DNA of 64,000 bases from Amoebophrya sp. A120. Lineage: Eukaryota > Protista > Dinoflagellata. The notes under the pieces were generated by a model. That model did no database searches. It was not told where the DNA came from and worked only from the letters and a program-made list of their open reading frames with translations. The position numbers were made by a program, and so were the translations under genes. Every line of letters starts with the position of its first letter. The first letter of the stretch is position 1. The stretch is taken from positions 7,671,747 to 7,735,746 of the forward strand of contig CAJINV010000002.1 of NCBI GenBank assembly GCA_905178155.1. Direction: 5' to 3'. Shown in pieces: positions 59,601 through 64,000 of this stretch.

Positions 59601-61183
59601 ATCGGAAGGTGACTTGATGTCCCCTCGTCGATTGCATTTTGGTTCGACAGGAACGATGAAACGGCTTTGCTCTCCTCCTCCTCTGTAGGCGTTCCAGCTG
59701 TTCCATCAAGATTCATGTCGACGTGCGGGTACTCGACCAGCCTTCCGGTAGTAGCGAACCCGAAGCTGGCGTAGCCCACGTAGGGCTGCAGAGACGCCGT
59801 TGCTGTAGGTCGCTCCCCCCTCGCAGCAGCTGTTTTTTTCCTTTCTTCGTCCCACTTCTCGGGGGTGGGCGCGAACTGCTCGACGAAGATACGACCGACC
59901 TGGGCCGCCACGCAGTCGTCAAAGAGCTTCTCGTGGCGCAGATCCGTCGGGACATCTACTACGCCCTCGCCCGCCTGAAAAGCGGAGTCCCGCTGGACCT
60001 CTCCGTCGTCGCTGATGCGCGCGCCCGTGCTGCTGTAGTGCTCACCGTCGCCGGACCAACGCGCTTCAATTCGGGGGAAGAAACTGTGTTCTAGCCCGAC
60101 TCTATCGAAGAATCCGTCGCCGGCATCGAAGGCAGACTGGCGAAGATTCCCTGCAATCATATTTTCCGCGAAACTACTGGAAGACATAGTACCAGTTCTA
60201 CTACTTTCACTTTGCAGTTCTCCAACAAAATCCTCTTCGCCGTTGTCCTGACCACGATCCCATTCGCCCCCGAGCGGCAAACACTCGGCCGGGTCGTCGC
60301 AAACCCCAAAGCGTGAGGCCAGAAACGGGCTGGTGTTCAACAGGTCGGCCTTTTGTCGCAGGATTTCCTCCTGATCGGCGTCTTTTCCGTCGATGCGACA
60401 CCCCGTTTCGCCACCGGCAAGGAGGAGAACGTTTTGCTCGATCTCCTGCTTCAGCTGCTGGACCCGCTGCTCTACAAGATCGAGCTGCTGTCTCGTGAAC
60501 GCCCGATGCTCCTCCGCGGTGAGATTTTTCTCCGAATACAGCGTTTTCGCTGGAGTTGTACTCGGCGTCGTATTGCCTTTGCCGACGCCCTTTGTTTTGC
60601 CTGGAGCCGTAGTTCCACGACCTGCGTCAACATAATTTCTAGCTCCGCTCGTGGGCACCACCTGCCGGGTTTTTCCGCGAAGCAGAAAAGCGCTCGATTG
60701 GCCAGGAGAGTTATTCTCTGACGTTTCTTTCCTGCCATCAAGCGTAAATGAGCCCGACTGGTCTCTGCGCTTGTCTACTCCCTCGGTTGAATCCAAAATT
60801 AGTAGCCTGCTGGGTCTTTCTCCTCCCGCCTCGTCGCCGGCTCTTATTTCACTGTACTTTTCCTCAACAGAACGTCGCCCTGCAGATAAAAGAATCGGAT
60901 CGCCGTGGAGGTCCTTCTGGAGCATCAATCCTATGCTGGATGCTGAGGGTCCTACTACTTGTCTATCATTTTTACTCCCACCACGCCCACGACGAGTTAA
61001 GAGCGAGGCTGGCCGCTCCTGCGTGAGAACAGCAGTTGTCGCGCTTCTGCCTTTATTTCCTGGTTTATGCTGCTTCTTCAACTGGAGGAGCGCGTCTGTG
61101 CTGGAAGGAAAGAAAAACAATAGCACCAGGAGCAGCAGAAATAGAGGCTGCGCCCTTGGCGGGAGAAAACGCAGATTTTCCAT
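53615..61183 (-). CDS. Type I membrane protein, 2,522 aa: signal peptide, alpha2delta/CACHD1-like Cache-vWA ectodomain, single TM, long tail with 7 SAM-like repeats
   Basis: Uninterrupted ORF. Signal PLFLLLLVLLFFFPSSTDA; FGFATTGRLVEYP...FDARTAPWY...KNIVFAIDFSGSM...ALDTLTTYDRF; MIDAS DxSxS/T/LITD; TM LALIVVPIVVLALLCCVVWAVM. Confidence 0.85.
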   Translation of the reverse strand: MENLRFLPPRAQPLFLLLLVLLFFFPSSTDALLQLKKQHKPGNKGRSATTAVLTQERPASLLTRRGRGGSKNDRQVVGPSASSIGLMLQKDLHGDPILLSAGRRSVEEKYSEIRAGDEAGGERPSRLLILDSTEGVDKRRDQSGSFTLDGRKETSENNSPGQSSAFLLRGKTRQVVPTSGARNYVDAGRGTTAPGKTKGVGKGNTTPSTTPAKTLYSEKNLTAEEHRAFTRQQLDLVEQRVQQLKQEIEQNVLLLAGGETGCRIDGKDADQEEILRQKADLLNTSPFLASRFGVCDDPAECLPLGGEWDRGQDNGEEDFVGELQSESSRTGTMSSSSFAENMIAGNLRQSAFDAGDGFFDRVGLEHSFFPRIEARWSGDGEHYSSTGARISDDGEVQRDSAFQAGEGVVDVPTDLRHEKLFDDCVAAQVGRIFVEQFAPTPEKWDEERKKTAAARGERPTATASLQPYVGYASFGFATTGRLVEYPHVDMNLDGTAGTPTEEEESKAVSSFLSNQNAIDEGTSSHLPIFSSDTTREEHEIDKSSVLELAHDHELHQLSRRGGSSGGKDLSTFRSTSRSSTSSATTFVSLGNNKKNFDARTAPWYEATEKRVTKNIVFAIDFSGSMTEHKRWAAVKQAVAQALDTLTTYDRFAIFLWGTMQQLTSLQLVVATEPNVRAAQRWLDDLPDPDESTDAAGAVLLALMYAGFGTFPAPAREDFPFLANSFPPPREQCVQDADFCGAMVMLITDAEDGAEFEDGLDQKFETLFPVEWGIKLSTYIIWRPTAQNENKIASWRFFKRLAETHGGQPVLLDYMGDDAATSDMAATVQGYWKNEERKLMLQEKRAQNPIKWVRFRDPFTGLQRLSACLKLFSTGPYAETEAEFRQLRHYATFCLDAALVLRESFEEKLRCLPFLKPEIGAREAAVQGDLNSCPAYRFRQERCAVDRVRNPFAILGIDRAAAFGMAGTTFPRNNFQPRAAKESGPYMFAFPNRTELLLANNREGRGRLTSGRGATTSIDVRPSNATDLFENDRNIQELSGRSSDNILGQEERCEILTAGGAGVGNAPQAWHQQERDGRNKAPTPVQGHLAHKTVVGDCQLALIVVPIVVLALLCCVVWAVMSCFARGDDSGETGVGARRPGVDAAQRQRGQEQRLYNERQGGRSYEKKDHDEQVLTENVAATTTAPGGLFSEDQTTAGATNSDTDLEISETSAGTTSGESAMSTERIRGTPRPKHLRPRKDVAKKKRGRGGPARKRNKMGETPSTKMPLELTVPRPLGHESDHIDTSHIPPPEEASEGSLSSSPERGPQTSQKKGKKLSPKRPKAKPKREAVAGAAAPTPDLEVAHTDLSRERTIDGVATAREGLATARLDVKGGLDRQHLLNPTKLDTQTLNNSSLKKSKGKVEKAKAKQSAGVKKKTATPTRKKAEVSLKAEAQMLTGVERTDAERLLRKAGISAKYAKKLARKLADADTRGSENITSEKEFDQLPELEKEALLQFGFGPTERVATMRQNLVQLKKKHKRGEHIMGAPPPGVPVAPRASAAEAASQLFPGAGRAPAVPEPAVPRQHIPPLPKVVLLPSKKEVEALLVDKVGLSDTYAKRLARKLQDPDVARILPPRETADRRALESYGFWQTTRKQPVQGERTTETKKQKDNSSSVLLQKSGGGSADQLRLWLNRMAKLRANKTKPKIPKVEDEEETGGSSTAADKKSKRHKKPLELDDTVAAFVNAGISRKAAQKLAKTIVNADQSEGSLLAKALKNALIMQEFTAGGARATSPTRNETSTSTTQGDPAGKDGGAPGEEEVENAAEQEQTVKLLSTLGFDKDTTTVADAMSWVREQVRGGHRERNFAARTLPENTAENALLTTGMSAALAGKLAKHCADAGMHKDADLTAGTDVASADLQLLKQMGLFGETETVGNLRCFLHQKLEQKYGVNEETGELLVETTDMQDSVPPPLDLGNAEEAFVAQGFSKAASQKLAKTAVEHGNKTIQSTETFTGARPSTSPADAELRNYDGFGENDLALLSTMLGVEATGGQVLDVRAPTEAAVVVAGFAKRHVAMKAQVSLDLSTAVKPLEVELGNAEQILVIQGFAPALAKRVAKAVAKDADKEDEEDSEEDELLTGGPRSSTSRTSSSRDRDGEAAAANAKITERKKAQLQSLATTEEEKRQIEEFLKKQDVGDESDAPRQGDNLTSPSPTSSTGGKNLLADLREKIEEKLDEESPEDRYERLRNARKSQQKASLAAKLADEQGMGRASQVELMKRSSLHELKRKLAGKRNRNQLSSWLGRCCPCLCGGADVTATEEEADQAVFVGVDDSSGATKDRAGLRGPRDSPDEDKDAEKSSSEPQLSGEETTEVEGEFDEAQVLGLIKPLLVLEEPEVVELLGGGTTPGAAPLNLQTPTIDVEYTLEIADTLESDLLRVGFPQAMAASVAAKLLRLKGAGSGAAEEPAPGVDALQLTAGEIETAKQLGLLEEGATSEEGAPQEKIGEGGLETPPPILQQLASNLSARIAKPSQEQGPFAE

Positions 61184-62549
61184 GGTGATGGTTGCCAGCT
61201 CCTGGATCCGCTTCTTTACAACATTAGCTTGCAACAGGGTGACTGTTTCTTTGTCAAAAATGTTTTTTCATGCCACGACGAAGTTCCAGCACGTGAAAGT
61301 TAATACAACAAGCGAATAAAATTAAGTACTATGTATTTGGCAATTAATAAATATGTACTTATATGTAAGCGATGGGGTGGCAACGACTATTTTGTGCATG
61401 TCGGTACATACCTGGCTCGTAAAATATGTGCGCAATCGCCTGAAAAGAAAATACACGACGGACAGCATAGACGACGACAACCATGTTGATATAGAAAGAT
61501 GAGATTTCAACATACAACTCACGCAGTCGGGAAGAATCACACCGTATCACCCAGCTAGCCGCTAAAAGACGACACGCAAAGTGCCATGCAATGGAAAACA
61601 AACAGGGAAACAAGGGAACGATAGACGGATACTTTTGTCAGAACGATTTGTGGTACGATGGATTTTGCTTGATCAGGCACGATTTGCAGTGGAGACACAA
61701 CGTGCACGACTATCATGATGGTCACGAACCTACTTCTGCCTCTAACTGAAGTGAATCTTCTAACGACAACATCAACACCTGGACTAAAACGACGACAACG
61801 ATAAAAACGCAAAAACGGACGAGCAACGATCTCGGTCTGCTAATCTTGGCGTGCAGCTGCAGCTTATCCCTATTACTGCGCCTTCGCGGCAGAAATAGAG
61901 AATCAGATGGCGCTTCTCACTTTTCGTTTACACTTCTAAAAAGTACGCGGAGTTTCATAATACAGCGAGGACCGAAAATTTTTCACGAACTTTGACCTGC
62001 TTCGCTGTTGAGAAACACAAACAGGGAAAAGAAACCGCCGCATAACCAAGTACGTGCAACGGCGATCGGTGCGTGCGCCCGACTTCATGGCACCCATTTT
62101 CTTTCGCTTTCGACTCGACTTTATGCGCATTCAATCAGTACTGAGTATGTTGTCGAAGGTAGCAAAGAATTCAGCAACGTATATTGATGATCCCAAAATT
62201 CCAATACAACTTACAGGACGGCACAGGTGGCAAAGCGTTTTTTCTTTCCGCCAGTGCGCTGGACACTGGGCTTTTTTTCGGCCGTAAGCTGAAAGGGATT
62301 GTTGTCGGGTCGCTCCTCGGCGTCACCGCCCGGACTACTTGCGGCCTGCGGCTTCATGCTTGCAACGGCGCTCACCTGTGGGTAGTGCGTTTTTTTTGGA
62401 TGACGTTGTATACTTGTGCATTCTTCATCTTTGGTTGTACACATTCAGTAGTGCACCTGATCACAATGTCAACTAACACATCAAGGTGGTGTCGGGTATC
62501 GAGTCATAATTCATGCTCCCGGCCACAATCGGGGGAATTCCGCGGATGC

Positions 62550-64000
62550 GGGCAGGTAGAATCTGCCCTAGCGCGATGCTACCATCCATCCAAAATGGGC
62601 AGAAACGCGCTCCCCTATGCTTCCGGGCACAAAGAGGAGAATTCCCAGAAACGGGGCAGATAGAATCTGCCCTAGCGCGATGCTGTCATCCATTCAAACT
62701 GACTAAAACTGAGGCTCCAAGTGCAGTAATCCTCTTGGCCCCGGCCAAGATAAAAAAAGCCCAAAAAGGGGAAAGGTAGAATCTGCCCTAGCACGATGCT
62801 ACCATCCATCCAAAATGGGCAGAAACGCGCTCCCCTATGCTTCCGGGCACAAAGAGGAGAATTCCCAGAAACGGGGCAGATAGAATCCGCCCTAGCGCGA
62901 TGCTGTCTGTCATCCATTCAAACTGGCTAAGTCTGAGGCTCCAAGTGAAGTAATCGTCTTGGCCCCGGCCAAGATAAAAAAGCCCAAAAAGGGGAAAGGT
63001 AGAATCTGCCCTAGCACGATGCTACCATCCACCCAAAATGCCCAAAAACGCGCTCCCCTATGCTCCCGGGCACAAAAAGGAGAATTCCCAGAAACGGCAC
63101 AGATAGAATCTGCCCTAGCGCGATGCTGTCATCCATTCAAACGGACTAAAACTGAGGCTCCAAGTGAAGCAATCCTCTTGGCCCCGGGCCAAGATAAAAA
63201 AACCCCAAAAAGGGGAAAGGTAGAATCTGCCCCAGCACGATGCTACCATCCACCCAAAATGGCCAAAAACGCGCTCTCCTATGCTTCCGGGCACAAAGAG
63301 GAGAATTCCCAGAAACGGGGCAGATAGAATCTGCCCTAGCGCGATGCTGTCATCCATTCAAACCGACTAAAACTGAGGCTCCAAATGAAGTAATCCTCTT
63401 GGCCCCGGCCAAGATAAAAAAACCCCAAAAAGGGAAAAGGTAAAATCTGCCCTAGCACGATGCTACCATCCATCCAAAAGGGCCAAAAACGCGCTCCCCT
63501 ATGCTTCCGGGCACTAAGAGGAGAATTCCCAGAAACGGGGAAGATAGACTCTGCCCGAGCGCGATGCTGTCATCCATTCAAACGGACTAAAACTGAGGCT
63601 CCAAGTGAAGTAATCCTCTTGGCCCCAGCCAAGATAAAAAAAAAACCAAAAAGGGAAAAGGTAGAATCTGCCCTAGCACGATGCTACCATCCATCCAAAA
63701 TGCCCAAAAACGCGCTCCGCTATGCCTCCGGGCACAAAGAGGAGAATTCCCAGAAACGGGGCAGATAGATTCTGCCCTAGCGCGATGCTGTCATCCACTC
63801 AAACTGACTAACGCTGAGGCTCCAAATGAAGTAATCCTCTTGGCCCCGGCCAAGATAAAAACGCCCAAAAAAGGGAAAGGTAGAATCTGCCCTAGCACGA
63901 TGCTACCATCCATCCAAAATGCCCAAAAACGCTCTCCGCTATGCCTCCGGGCACAAAGAGGAGAATTCCCAGAAACGGGGCAGATAGAATCTGCCCTAGC
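62550..64000. repeat. ~220-bp tandem satellite, at least 6.5 copies, truncated by the window end
   Basis: GGGCAGATAGAATCTGCCCTAGCGCGATGCTG recurs at ~62655, 62875, 63098, 63319, 63540, 63760 and 63980. Each unit has two related TAGAATCTGCCCTAGC(A/G)CGATGCT sub-repeats. Confidence 0.95.

Noticed and set aside
62513-63768. Repeated short ORFs (MLPS...QKRAPLCFRAQRGEFPETG)
   Set aside because: Translations of the satellite, with frequent frameshifts between units.

Overview
Eukaryotic, intron-rich protist DNA. Every gene I can model lies on the minus strand. The co-orientation, huge low-complexity proteins, A-rich splice acceptors and TIR/TSD-bounded non-canonical introns resemble the parasitic dinoflagellate Amoebophrya (Syndiniales); this assignment is inferred, not proven. 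Hand-built spliced models give: (1) a truncated coiled-coil gene; (2) a ~3,400-aa MFS transporter with giant loops and a 42-aa repeat tail, joining several separate track ORFs; (3) a HAD-like protein whose motifs appear circularly permuted; (4) coiled-coil and low-complexity genes; (5) a Cys-rich membrane protein gene interrupted by two sibling MITE-like introners (TATCAA...TTGATA TIRs, 5-bp TSDs) that flank a 58-nt micro-exon; (6) an 849-aa eEF2-like protein with a degenerate GTPase switch I; (7) a 2,522-aa alpha2delta/Cache-vWA receptor-like protein with 7 SAM-like cytoplasmic repeats. Two long introns (4.5 and 2.65 kb) are filled with hairpin-rich composite repeat arrays, and a ~220-bp satellite runs off the right end. 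All splice models were inferred by eye from frame restoration and need RNA-seq confirmation.
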